From Prorocentrum cordatum (taxonomy: Eukaryota): a DNA stretch of 64,000 nucleotides. Below are positions 25,620 to 36,129 of this stretch, piece by piece (position 1 is the stretch's first letter; each line of letters begins with the position of its first letter). Below the pieces are notes generated by a model. The model did no database searches and was not told where the DNA came from. It saw nothing but the letters and a program-made list of their open reading frames with translations. A program made the translations under genes and the position numbers. Location: contig CAUYUJ010000327.1 in the NCBI GenBank assembly GCA_963575745.1, forward strand, positions 1 to 64,000, given 5' to 3'.

Positions 25620-26389
25620 GCGCTGGGCAGGGGCGGGGGAGGTGCTCGATTTGCTCTCCTGTGCAGCTGCTGCGTGGAGGCTCGCATGTCGCATATTGTC
25701 CTGCTCATCGCTCTGCCTATATGGCGTATGCATGTATATGTTCATGTGTGCGCGCGTGTTTATGTGTGTTTGTGTGTGTGGCGCGCGGGAGGTTGTTCCA
25801 CACGTTGCGAGTGCAGTTGGGAAGAAGCTCCGAGGCCACGGTATGTGTTGGATGTCTCGAGCGAGTCCTCCGTTTGTTCAAGAATGTGAGGACGAGTTTG
25901 ATTACGTCGGGTTTGAAGGTTTGGGTGATGTCTCACGCGAAACGGCTGTTGTGCTAAGAGCGACGTCCCAAATCCTCCAACCCCATTGTACGTTTGAAGG
26001 TTTGTTTATAACATGTTGAGGAGCCATTGTGTTCTTGGACCGTAACGTCGCGATCTAGGTGAGGGGTGCGATCGATGTTCAGAATGTTGAGGATGCCCAG
26101 AGCGAAACTGCAAACATCAATCGCGAATGGGTCCTTTAATTAATCACCTCTCAGCGTTTACTCCCTCCGAGGGATGCGTATGATAATATGTGAATGCATG
26201 TGCAAGTATGTACATACGTTTATACACATGGCTATACATACACATACATACATACATACATACATACCTGCCAGCCTGCCTGCCTGCCTACCTTCCTACC
26301 TACATACATGCATACATACATACATATACATCCACATATACTCGCATGTCGACCAGTGGATTAAAGACAACGTGAAATCTATGATCTTC

Positions 26390-27000
26390 GCCTCTTCGGG
26401 CCCTCTTGGGGGTCCTCCTGAGGCTCTTTTGGGGCGTCTTAGGACCTCCTGGGCCGTCTGAATAGCATATTCGGCCGTCTTTGGGCCCTCGTGGGTAGGC
26501 TCGGGACCCTCTCAGGCTGTCTTGGGGTCCTCTTGGGGGCTTGTTGGGCCGTCTTGGGGGTCTCTTCGGGGTTTATTGGACCGTCTTGGGGGCCTCTTGG
26601 GCCCCCATTGGGCCTCTCCTGGGCTGTCTTGAGGCTCTCGTGGTCGCTTCTTGGGCCGTCTCGGGGCGATCCTGGATGCCTCTCGGGCCATTTTGGGAGT
26701 CCAGACGGTTGAGAGTGCGAGAATCTCATAATCCGTAGGAAACCCATCGGAAATCTACGAGTTCGGCCTCTTGGGGCCCTCAAGGGTGTCCCCTCGGAGC
26801 CGTCCCGGGGCGTCTTGGGGGCCTATGGGGCCGTCTTGGGAGCATTTTGGGCCGTTTGGGGGACTTCTTGGGTCATCTCGGGGCTGTCTTGGGTCGTCTC
26901 GGGGCCTCCTTGGGCCGTCTCGGGGCTCTTCTGGGGGCTCCTGTACCGTTTCGGGGCCCTCTGGGGGCCCTTTGGTGCCGTTTCGCGAGGCTCTCTGGCG
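26390..27000. repeat. Degenerate gggccgtcttg(gg) short-period repeat; also ~54110-54220, 55300-55680, 56480-56790, 60960-61115
   Basis: Recurrent ~10-11-bp motif. Confidence 0.75.
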
Positions 27001-27789
27001 GCTCCGGGACCGGGGGGCCCCCCAAATCCGCAAGGCATGATACGGATTTGTTCGAATGGATGTACGTACGTTTATGTATACACATACAGAAAAGGGAGAT
27101 CCCGAAGCAGGACTCCAGTTGTAAACGGGACCCACCCCCGGACAGCTTCCCCTGGAGGCTCTCGCGGGACCGAGACTGCCCGAGAGCGTCCGCTCGATAG
27201 CGTTTCGAAAAACGCGAGCGCCCAGGATGGCCTGCAGACAGTCCAAGAGGCCTCCTGGATGCCCCGCGAGCGCTCCAAGACGCGCCAAGATGGCCTCAGA
27301 GGGGCGGGGAAGCAGGAGGAGGAGAAGGGAGGAGGAGGAGGAGGAGGAGGAGTCGGCGGACAAGGTAGGGAAAGGGGAGGGGTAATTAGCAGGATCGCGA
27401 GGAGCATGAGAAAGGAATAGTGACCGACTGGGAGTGAGGGCCAGGGAGGGTGCGCATGGGGAGGAGCAGAGGGGCGGAGAAGCAGGAGGAGGAGGAGGAG
27501 AAGGGAGGGAGGGGCGGAAAGGGAGGCAAGCGGGGCGCGTTCCCGCCACATCTGACATCCGACCACCCCTCCCCCTCGCTTTTTTCGTCGGCGGCGAGGC
27601 GGGGCAATCCGCACCAGCGAAAGAGCGAAGCAGGGGCACTACAAAGCTACCTGCCGGGCGTGCAAGAGCGGAAGGAGGACATTCCCCCCGACACACATCC
27701 TTTCCCATTGCGCCGGATGGGGTGTCCTATGAGGGCCCTGATCCCCAGAATGACCTATCGTGCGATGTGCAGTCTAAGGAGGAACAGGA

Positions 27790-27850
27790 TCCCTAGTTAT
27801 TGGCCAAAGCCATGCTGTTTGAAGTCGTAATTGCCTCAGTTCTGGTTCAG
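27790..27850 (+). other. Cluster of degenerate SL-like relics upstream of the PPR ATG
   Basis: TCCCTAGTTATTGGCCAAAG, CCATGCTGTTTGAAG (10/15 to CCATTTTGGCTCAAG) and TTCTGGTTCAG in tandem, each ending in AG. Confidence 0.45.
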
Positions 27851-27900
27851 CACATTGCCTCTCCAGGCGGCTCACTACAGAGAGCGTCGAGTGCCCACCC

Positions 27901-29706
27901 ATGAAGTGGTATGAAATCACAGATGGGTTTTCTCTCACGCATTTGATCAAAGATCATGGACGCGCGCGTCACTGGGCTTCAGCACTCCACGTATTTCGCG
28001 ACACGTTCCGATCAGGCAAAAGAGCTCCACAGGAGAGATACTACAATGTTGCAATCAGCGTCTGCGGAAATTGCCATGAGTGGCACCAGGCACTAGCACT
28101 GCTGAGGGAGATCGCCGACGTGAATTTGACACCGAACGGTGCCAGCTACGGTTTGGCGATAGGCGCGTGCAGTAAAGCTGGACAATGGCAGCAAGCCGTA
28201 TCACTATTGAAGGAAACCAGTGAAACGATGGTAGAGCCTGGCGTCATCATGTTCAACATTGGGATCAGCGCGTGCGAGAAAGCGGAGCAGTGGCAGCATG
28301 CTTTGATCCTGTTGAGGGAGATGCGGGCAGTGTCGTTGGAGCTAAGCGTTGTCAGCTACGGCGCTGGGATCAGTGCGTGCGGGAGGGGTGGGCAGTGGTT
28401 GCATGCGGTATCTTTGCTGCGGGAGTTGTGCGAAGCGGTATTGGAGTCCAACGTCGTTTGCTACAACGCTGGCATCAGCGCGTGCAAGACACTTGGGTAT
28501 TGGCAGCAAGCTTTCATATTGTTAGAGGAGTTGTCCGAAGCGGAGTTGGAACCCAATGTCATCAGTTTCACTGCAGCAGCGAGCGCGTGCGAGGCAGGCG
28601 GGGACTGGCAGCAGGCATTGTCACTATTGAGTAAGATGTCTGAAGAAGCGCTGGAGCCTAATGCGAGGAGCTATACTGCCAGTATTGGTGCGTGCAAGAA
28701 TGGCGCTCAGTGGCAGCGAGGCGTGGTGTTGTTTGGGGAAATGCGGGAAGCGGAAGTGAAGCAGGACCTCTTCAGCTATTGTGCCGCAGTCGGCGTGTGC
28801 GAACAGGGGGGTCTTTGGCAGAACGCGCTATCGTTGTTGAGGGAGTTGTCGGACTCGAGGTTGGAGTTGAACGTAGTCGCTTGTAGCGCTGGCATTGGCG
28901 CCTGCGAGGAAAGCGGGCATTGGGAGCAGGCCCTGTGGTTGCTGGGCAACCTGAAGGAGACGAAGATGGAGCTTGATGGCCTCTGCTACACTTCTGGGAT
29001 CAGCGCGTGTGGGACAGGAGGACAGTGGCAGCAGGCATTATCGTTGTTGAGGGAATTCGTGGATACAAGGCTGGAGTTGAATGTGATCGTCTACACTTCT
29101 GGGATCAGCGCGTGCCACCTGGGCCACCAATGGCAGCATGCACTGTCGCTGTTGAGGGGGCTGACTGGTATGAAGCTGGAGGCGGATAGGAGATGCTACT
29201 GCGCTACAATCAGCGCGTGCGAGAAAGGGGCACAGTGGCAGCAGGCGTTGATGTTGCTGAGGGAGCTGCTCACGAATGGGTCGGGGCCCGACGAGTTCTG
29301 CTACAACTCTGGGATCAGCGCATGCGAAAAAGGCGGGCAATGGCAGCAGTCGGTGTCGCTGCTCAGGGAGATGTGCGAGATGAAGTTGGAGCCAACCGTC
29401 ATGAGCTACAACGCTGCCATCAGTGCCCAGGGAACAAAGTGGGAGCACGCGCTCTCCTTGTTCGCAGAGATTCGGGAGGTGGAGCTGGAGCCCGACGGCA
29501 TCAGCTACAGCGCCGGGATCTACGCGTGCGAGAAGAGCGGGAGTTGGCAGCAGGCGATGTCCATGCTCGGCAAGATGCTGGAGGTGCAGCTGGAGCTCGA
29601 CGGCATCATCTGCACCGCGGGGCTCGCGGTGTGCCAGGAGGCCGGGCAGTGGCCGCAGGCGCTGGCCTTGCTGGGACAGCTCCAGGAGGCGAGGGTGGAG
29701 CTCGAG
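27901..29706 (+). CDS. Pentatricopeptide repeat (PPR) protein, main exon (~16-17 tandem 35-aa motifs)
   Basis: Repeating YNAGISACEKGGQWQQALSLLREM-type motif with 35-aa period from ATG 27901; PPR-like codons continue to ~29742, where (CCT)n starts; candidate donor GAG|GTCAGT at 29707. Confidence 0.9.
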
Positions 29707-29742
29707 GTCAGTACGTGCAGCGCCGCGATCGGCGCGTGTGCA

Positions 29743-30272
29743 TCCTCCTCGATCCCCTCCTCCTCCTCCTCCTCCTCCTCCTCCTCCTCCTCCTCCTCCT
29801 CCTCCTCCTCCTCCTCCTCCTCCTCCTCCTCCTCCTCCTCCTCCTCCTCCTCCTCCTCCTCTCCTCCTCCTCCTCCTCCTCCCTCCTCCTCCTCCTCCTC
29901 CTCCTCCTCCTCCCCCTCCTCCTCCTCCTCCTCCTCCTCCTCCTCTCCTCCTCCTCCTCCTCCCTCCTCCTCCTCGTTCCTCCTCCTCGATCCTCCTCCT
30001 CGATCCTCCTCCTCCTCCTCCTCCTCCCTCCTCCTTCTCCTCCTTCTCCTCCTCCTCCTCCTCCTCCTCCTCCCTCTCCTCCTCCTCCTACTCATCCTCA
30101 TCCTCATCCTCCTCCTCCTCCTTCTCCTCCTCCTCGTTCCTCCTCATCGATCCTCCTCCTCGATCCTCCTCCTCGATCCTCCTCCTCGATCCTCCATCTC
30201 GATCCTCCTCCTCGACCCTGTTCCTCGATCCTCGACCCTCCTCCTCCTCGATCCTCCTCCTCGACCCTCCTC
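29743..30272. repeat. (CCT)n microsatellite with cctcgat variants, interrupting the PPR gene; representative of many (CCT/GGA)n tracts (e.g. 2815-3165, 13515-13890, 15975-16530, 17070-17960, 39340-40060, 44005-44415, 54300-54960, 59235-59520)
   Basis: Direct inspection. Confidence 0.95.
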
Positions 30273-30277
30273 GCGAG

Positions 30278-30500
30278 GTCGGCATGTGCAGCCTCGCCAT
30301 GGGCGCGTGCCGCCGGGGCGGGCAGCCGCACCGGGCGCTCGCGCTGCTGGGGGCCCTGCCGCGCCTGCGCGGCAGCGGCGGCCTCCCGCCCGGCTGCAGC
30401 GGGGGGGTCGACGCCTGCGAGGCGGCGGGGCAGGCGCGCCCCGCGCTGCCGCTGCTGGGCGGGCTGGCGCGGCAGGCCGGCGCTGCGCTCGTGCGACGCG
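30278..30500 (+). CDS. Probable terminal exon of the PPR gene (degenerate PPR motifs); 3' end uncertain
   Basis: VGMCSLAMGACRRGGQPHRALALLGAL...DACEAAGQ...ALPLL after AG at 30276-30277; keeps PPR register if joined to 29706. Confidence 0.55.
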
Positions 30501-31039
30501 GGAGGCGAAAGGGGCGGCGTGCGCAGGAGGGGGGCATGCGAGCGGGAGGAGGAGCAGGCTCAAGAGGCGGAGGAGGAAGAGGAGGAGGAGGAGGAGGAGG
30601 AGGAGGAGGAGGAGGAGGAGGAGAGGAGGAGGAGGAGGAGGAGGAGGGAGAGAGGAGAGGAGGAGGAGGAGGAGGAGAGGAGGAGGAGGGGGAGGAGGGG
30701 GGAGGAGGAGAAGGAGGAGGAGGAGGAGGAGGGAGGTGGAGGAGGAGGAGGAGGAGGAGGAGGAGGAGGAGGAGGGAGACGGAGGAGGACCAAAAGCAGG
30801 AGGAAGAGGAGAAACATGATGAGACGATGGGAGAGGAGAGAGGAGAGAAGAGAGAGGCGAGATGCCAGCCAGGTGCGCTCGCGCCATATCTGTCATCCTA
30901 TTCCTCCCACCCATCCCGCTGTTAGTTTCCCTATCCGCGGTCACGTATCATGCCGACCTGGAACTCCAGAAAAGACCCCATCGTGCTAGTCGCAGTCGGG
31001 AAAGGGAAACTTGTGGGAAGTGTACGACCTGGAGGGCCT

Positions 31040-31515
31040 CTGTAGCTTGTAGGGCCTCTGGAACCTGACCTGTTAGACCTGTGGGACCTGAACTGCGGGA
31101 CCTGTGGGACCAGTGGGGCCTGGGAACCTCTGTGACCTCTGTGGGGCCCGTGGGACATGCGACAGCTCTGGGACCTGTGGGACCCTGTTGGGCCCGTGGG
31201 ACCTGTGGGAACTGTGAAACTTGTGGGGCCTGTGGGACCTGTGGCACGGGTGGGACCTTTGGGACTTAGGGGACCTTTGCGGCCTCTGCGGGACCTGTGA
31301 GACATGCGACACCTCTGGGACCTGTTAGACCTGTGGGAGTTGTGGGACTTGTGGGGCATGCGAGACCTACGACACCTGTGATACGTGTGGGACCTGCGGA
31401 ACCTCTCAGACCAGTGGTGCCTGTGGAACGACCTGCGACACCTGCGGGTCCTGTGGGACTTGCGGGGTCTGCTAGACCTGCGACACTTGTGGGACCTGCG
31501 AGACCCGTGGGATCT
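31040..31515. repeat. 9-bp gggacctgt minisatellite
   Basis: Degenerate 9-bp tandem units. Confidence 0.85.
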
Positions 31516-32539
31516 TGAGAAGTGTGCCATATTGAGGCGGGAGCGCTCTTCTGAACGACGGGGGCACAGCGCCGATCCCGAAAACGAGGCCAACGTTGCA
31601 GCGAGAGCACCAGGGTAAAACACCGGAAGCAATCGGCTTGCAAAGCAGCCAAAGGACACAGCAGGTGTTGAAATCTTGTGAGTGAGGAAACCATGCATGG
31701 AGGGGTGTGGTGGGAATATATTAAGCGCAACTTACATAAGGGGAGACATGAGAGTAGCACGCATAGTATGTAATCGGAGAGAGGAGAGAAGCGAGCGAGA
31801 GAGGGGGGGAGGGAGAGAGAGAGAGAGAGAGAGCGAGAACGACCAAGCGAGAGAGCGAGAGAGGGGAAGAGAGAGAGAGAGAGAGAAAACATAACAAACA
31901 TAGACATTGATATATATATAGAGAGAGAGAGAGAGAGAAAAGATATAGAGAGGGAGGGAGAGAGAGAGAGAGGGCAAGAGAGAGAGAAAGAGTGAGCGAG
32001 GGAGCGAGAGAGCGAGAGAGAGAGAGAGAGACAGAACGAGAGAGGGAGACAGAGAAATAGAGTAATCGTCATGATGCTGTGAGGCTGAGGAGGAGGAGGA
32101 GGAGGAGGAGGAGGAGGAGGCGAACGAGCATGGAAGTAAGGAGTTGCAGGATCGTGCAGGCACCGGGAATGAGGGGAGGGCACGAGGAAGAGGACCAGTG
32201 CAAACTCAACAATCAGCAACGATGTTGGAATGCACCCTCCCTCCAAGCTCACTCTTCATAGGCCCCTAGAGGGCTCATGTCCACTGAGGGGGATTGCCCC
32301 GTTAAGGGGCCACCGTGTGAAAACCTTGAAGCGTGCCCAGAAACTTTCTCAGGTTTCAGCGCCGCGAGAAAATCGAACTGCTACGTGTTGGCGATCCTGG
32401 ACAGGCCAGAGCACCACTTCTGGGACGTCAACGCCGCGAAACAACTTAAATGTTGCTCCCTGACAATCCCGAATCCGTCCACAACACCGTTCCTGGTACG
32501 TTGACAATGTGAGAAGCAGTGAACTTCACAAATGTTCAA

Positions 32540-33100
32540 AACGAATCTGCGCGGCGCTGGGGCGAGAGCGATAGTTTGAAAACGACCCGCCCTAAATCCG
32601 TGATTTTGGTTACAACTGTTTTTTACCAAAAAACAAAAAACAACCCCCAACAAAAAAACTAATGTGCGAGGCGCGACGGCGAGAGCCACATTTTGAAAGC
32701 CACCCGCCCTCAATCCGTGAAGCTCTTGCATTGTTAAAAAAAAAAGAATGTACGCGGCGCTAAGGCGAGAGCCACAGTTTGAAAACCACCCGCCCTCAAT
32801 CCGTGACACGCTTGCGCGGCGCCAAGGTGAGAGCCATAGTTTAAGTGTGCGCGGCGCTATGGCGAGAGCCAACTTCTGCAAACCACCCGCTTTCAATCCG
32901 TGAAGTTTCTCGCACATGCTCAAAACGAGTATGCGCGGCGCTAAGGCGAGAGCCGAAGTTTGAAAACGACCTGCCCTCAATCCTAAAAGCGTTTTGCCAA
33001 TTGATTTTTATATGAAAACGACCGTGCGCGGTTCCAAGGCGAGAGCCACATTTTGAAATCCATTCGCCCCCCAGCCGCGAAGCTCGCTGCCAGTTTGTGA
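32540..33100. repeat. Degenerate tandem repeat (gcgcggcgctaaggcgagagcc...ttgaaa...cccgccctcaatccgtga), 6-7 units
   Basis: Motif recurs roughly every 60-120 bp. Confidence 0.75.
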
Positions 33101-33669
33101 GCTGCGGGCTCACAATGAGTGAGGAAGTCTCGGGTGAAATGCCCGGCTCGCCCAAGGGACCGGGCTCGGGGCGCGTTGGGGAGGAGCCATCAAAGAGGAC
33201 AAGGAACGGAGGAGGACACGGCGTTGGCTGGCGGGCGTCGCGCTCCCACGGGCGCCCGGGACGAGATGGGGGCGTTGGGGTAGGAGGGGCTGGCCCGCGC
33301 AGGCGAGGCGCCGACACCGGCCCTGCCGACCTCCCCCTCCCCTCTCCTCCTCGTTGGCCTCTGGGCACCGATCGGTCAGGCGTCAGAGTTGCCTTCGACC
33401 CGGTGGTGTGCGAGAGGTCCGCTGGTTCCCGGATGCTACCTCCGGCGGCAACCAATATTCGCGACAGCTCTGTCTTGCAGCCTCAGGTCCCGAACGCGAA
33501 GAGGAGACGGCTCGGCGCTGGAGTCACGGGTAGACCCTCCCGTGCTCAGATCACCGTGCCTGCCGCCCCGCTGCTGGAGCTCCGACAATTCCATGATCTC
33601 CACGCCCGAAATAATTTGTTGCAGGTTTCATCGGGTCAATGTGCCCCGTGTACCCAAATGCGGGTATTA

Positions 33670-33826
33670 TTAGGTCGGGCCTGTCCCACTACAGGGGGAT
33701 TTGAGACGAAAGCGCAAATAGTCAAAACATATTCGAAAATTGCCAAATCAAGGTGACATAATCGTCTCGAGACTATTTTTTCATTATTTTCGAATACTCC
33801 TCCTGTAGAGGACAGGCCCGACTTCA
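33670..33826 (-). mobile_element. MITE family A copy (reverse orientation)
   Basis: TIRs; TSD gggtatta/aggtatta. Confidence 0.8.
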
Positions 33827-33941
33827 AGGTATTATGCGACTGGGCAGGCCGGCTGCCTTTCGATGGGCTGTCCTTCCCGAGCAGCTCCCTGGACGTGCCG
33901 GTAAACAACAATGCGCTGCCCTTGGCCAGCCTTCATCCCGC

Positions 33942-34203
33942 GGACGAGGGCGAGCTATCCTCACGCCATATCTAGAAGAAAACGAAACCACGTAACCTCT
34001 AAACTTGTGGCGCTCTGCGCGGATTGATTGGATCCGCGCTGGACCCCCCTCCCTGACGCGCGGAGCGCGCCAGGGGCGGCGCCGGAGGCGCCGCCGGGGG
34101 GCCCAGGCGCGGATCCAAGAAATCCGCGCGGAGCGCCAAAAGTTTATGGTTACGTGGTTTCGTTTTCTTTTAGATATGGCGTGAGGATAGCTCGCCCTCG
34201 TCC
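33942..34203. mobile_element. Long-TIR foldback MITE (~100-bp arms); relatives at ~540-735, ~10660-10740, ~11365-11500
   Basis: ggacgagggcgagctatcctcacgccatatcta... is mirrored by ...tagatatggcgtgaggatagctcgccctcgtcc; GC-rich spacer. Confidence 0.75.
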
Positions 34204-34849
34204 TCGGATCCAAGAAATCCGCGCGGAGCGCCAAAACATTTATGTTCCTGCTGGTCTTGCATCGAATACCCTCGGGCGCCGCGACTTGCGCGGCCGGCGA
34301 TCCCGGAGGCTTCCTGGGTCGGGCTCTCGGCCCGCCGTGGCCCCCGGGGTCTTCGCTTCCCGCTGCCTGCCCTCCGTCCACTCTGGCCGTGTGCCCTCGT
34401 GGACAGGTGCAGAGGGGGGCTCCTCCTCCTCCTCCTCCTCCTCCCCTCCTCCTCCTCCTCCTCCTCCTCCTCCTCCTCCTCCTCCCTCCTCCTCCTCCTC
34501 CTCCTCCTCCTCCTCCTCCTCCTCCTCCCCCTCCTCCTCCTCCTCGCGTCGCGCGCGCCCCCGCTTGCCGCTTCAGCTGTCACGCCGAGGACCGCCCCGC
34601 CCGTGCTGTGCCGTGCCTTCGTCGCCGCGAACCTCCCGGGGGGGAGTGTGCGAAACGCACTTCGGCATTTTTCTTGGGGGCCCCTCTGGGCCTCCCGCGG
34701 TGCTGTGCACGCCCTGCACCGGGGCTGGGCAGGCCCTCGGATCCCCCAGCGCCTCCCGCCGCCCGAGGGCAAGCGGGAGAGGACGCCACGAGAGCCGAGC
34801 GTCCGCCCGCGTGCCCAGCGCGCGAGGCCGCGGCCTCGTCGCGCGAGGC

Positions 34850-35041
34850 TTCAGTCGGGCCTGCCTCCCGACAGGGGGATTTTCGACGGAAAATAAACAA
34901 TACCCCAAACATAACCCAAACATAGTCCAAAAATAGTCAGGGGACTATTTTCCCGTATTGTTTTGACTTTTTTGGGGTATGTTTAGGGTATTCTTTATCT
35001 TTCGTCGAAAATCCCCCTGTAGGGGGACACGCCCGACATAA
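34850..35041. mobile_element. MITE family A variant built from two right ends head-to-head
   Basis: Both halves resemble the right end; perfect TSD cgcgaggc. Confidence 0.75.
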
Positions 35042-35401
35042 CGCGAGGCCACCCTTCCCCTCCCACAGCCCTCGGAGGCGGGTCGGCTCCAAACCTGGGC
35101 ATACCGACCGTGGCACGAGCAGGGCAGGGGAGCGAGGAACGTCGATCACGAGTCTCGTCGGCCTTCGCAGCCCCCATGCAGGATTTACACCTCCAGGTGC
35201 TCCCCTGCCGCACTGGACTGAAGACATGCCCGAGCTCCTGAAAAAGGACCGGGAGGCTCTGGGACTTGGTCTGGAGCCGGCCTCGGTCCCTTCTTCTTCC
35301 TGGAGGTGAGTGCGACGCACACGTGTTCAACATGCTCAGAATAAGCTAGAAGCGTCCACCTCAAGCACTGGAAACAAGTACGGTGGGCAATCCTCGTAGC
35401 T

Positions 35402-35559
35402 TTAAGTCGGGCCTGTCCCTCTACAGGGGGAATATTCAAAAATAGACAAATATAGTCTGGGGATGATTTGTTTACCATTGTTGGGTATGTTTGCTTATGT
35501 TCTGACTATTTTTTAGTTTTCGTCCAAAATCCCCCTTTGGGGGGACAGGCCCGACATTA
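35402..35559 (+). mobile_element. MITE family A copy
   Basis: TIRs; perfect TSD tcgtagct. Confidence 0.85.
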
Positions 35560-35879
35560 TCGTAGCTTTAAGAGCGGGCTTCTGGGCAGCATGAAGGTCT
35601 CCTCCCTTCGTCGCCGCAAGGTCCGCCCACCGACTTCATCGCGCCACCTCGCCTGGGCTACGCTGGTGGGCCATGACGCGCCTTGCGCCAAGGGAATCAT
35701 TCAAGCCTCCTAGATCCTGGATCCTGGTCCAAATGGCCTCCCAGAGATCAACATTGTCCCGGCGCGGAGCCTAACAGACCTCGGGCCCCCACAAGAGCCC
35801 GTGGACGAAGCCCTGCAAATCAGTATACACAGGTAGTGGTAAAACGCATTTTTGCAAGACCAGAAACAACAAGCGTAAA

Positions 35880-36125
35880 GTTATCGTTTTTTATGCAGTG
35901 TTTTGCCGATCGGCGCGGGCCCTCGCACCCCCCCTCACCCCCCCCCGTGGAGTAGATCTTGGTTGTTTTTGGCGCCTGTTTCGAGCAGGTGGAGCCTCCC
36001 ACAGAAGCCGCACTCCTGCAAACAGTCGCGCTAAGAAGAGGTCTGGGGCCAGACCTCTCCCCCCTCCCCCCCTTCCGCCTAATGTCGAGACGCCGAATTA
36101 AAAAAGCTTACACACACAAAGCGTA
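35880..36125 (+). repeat. ~250-bp dispersed repeat; direct copy ~38865-39115
   Basis: Shared ttgccgatcggcgc...gagtagatctt...tttcgagcaggtggagcctccc...ggccagacc...acgccgaat. Confidence 0.75.
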
Positions 36126-36129
36126 AAGC

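Noticed and set aside
26685..26850. gccattttgg / agcattttgg as SL relics
   Set aside because: They are variants of the local gggccgtcttggg repeat and are not upstream of a coding region.
29743..30819. C-terminal ~360 aa of the 972-aa PPR ORF
   Set aside because: Read-through of (CCT)n and (GGA)n; the PPR-like continuation is in another frame from 30278.
30931..31698. Collagen-like GPT/GPV ORFs
   Set aside because: Translation of a 9-bp gggacctgt minisatellite with frame-breaking indels.
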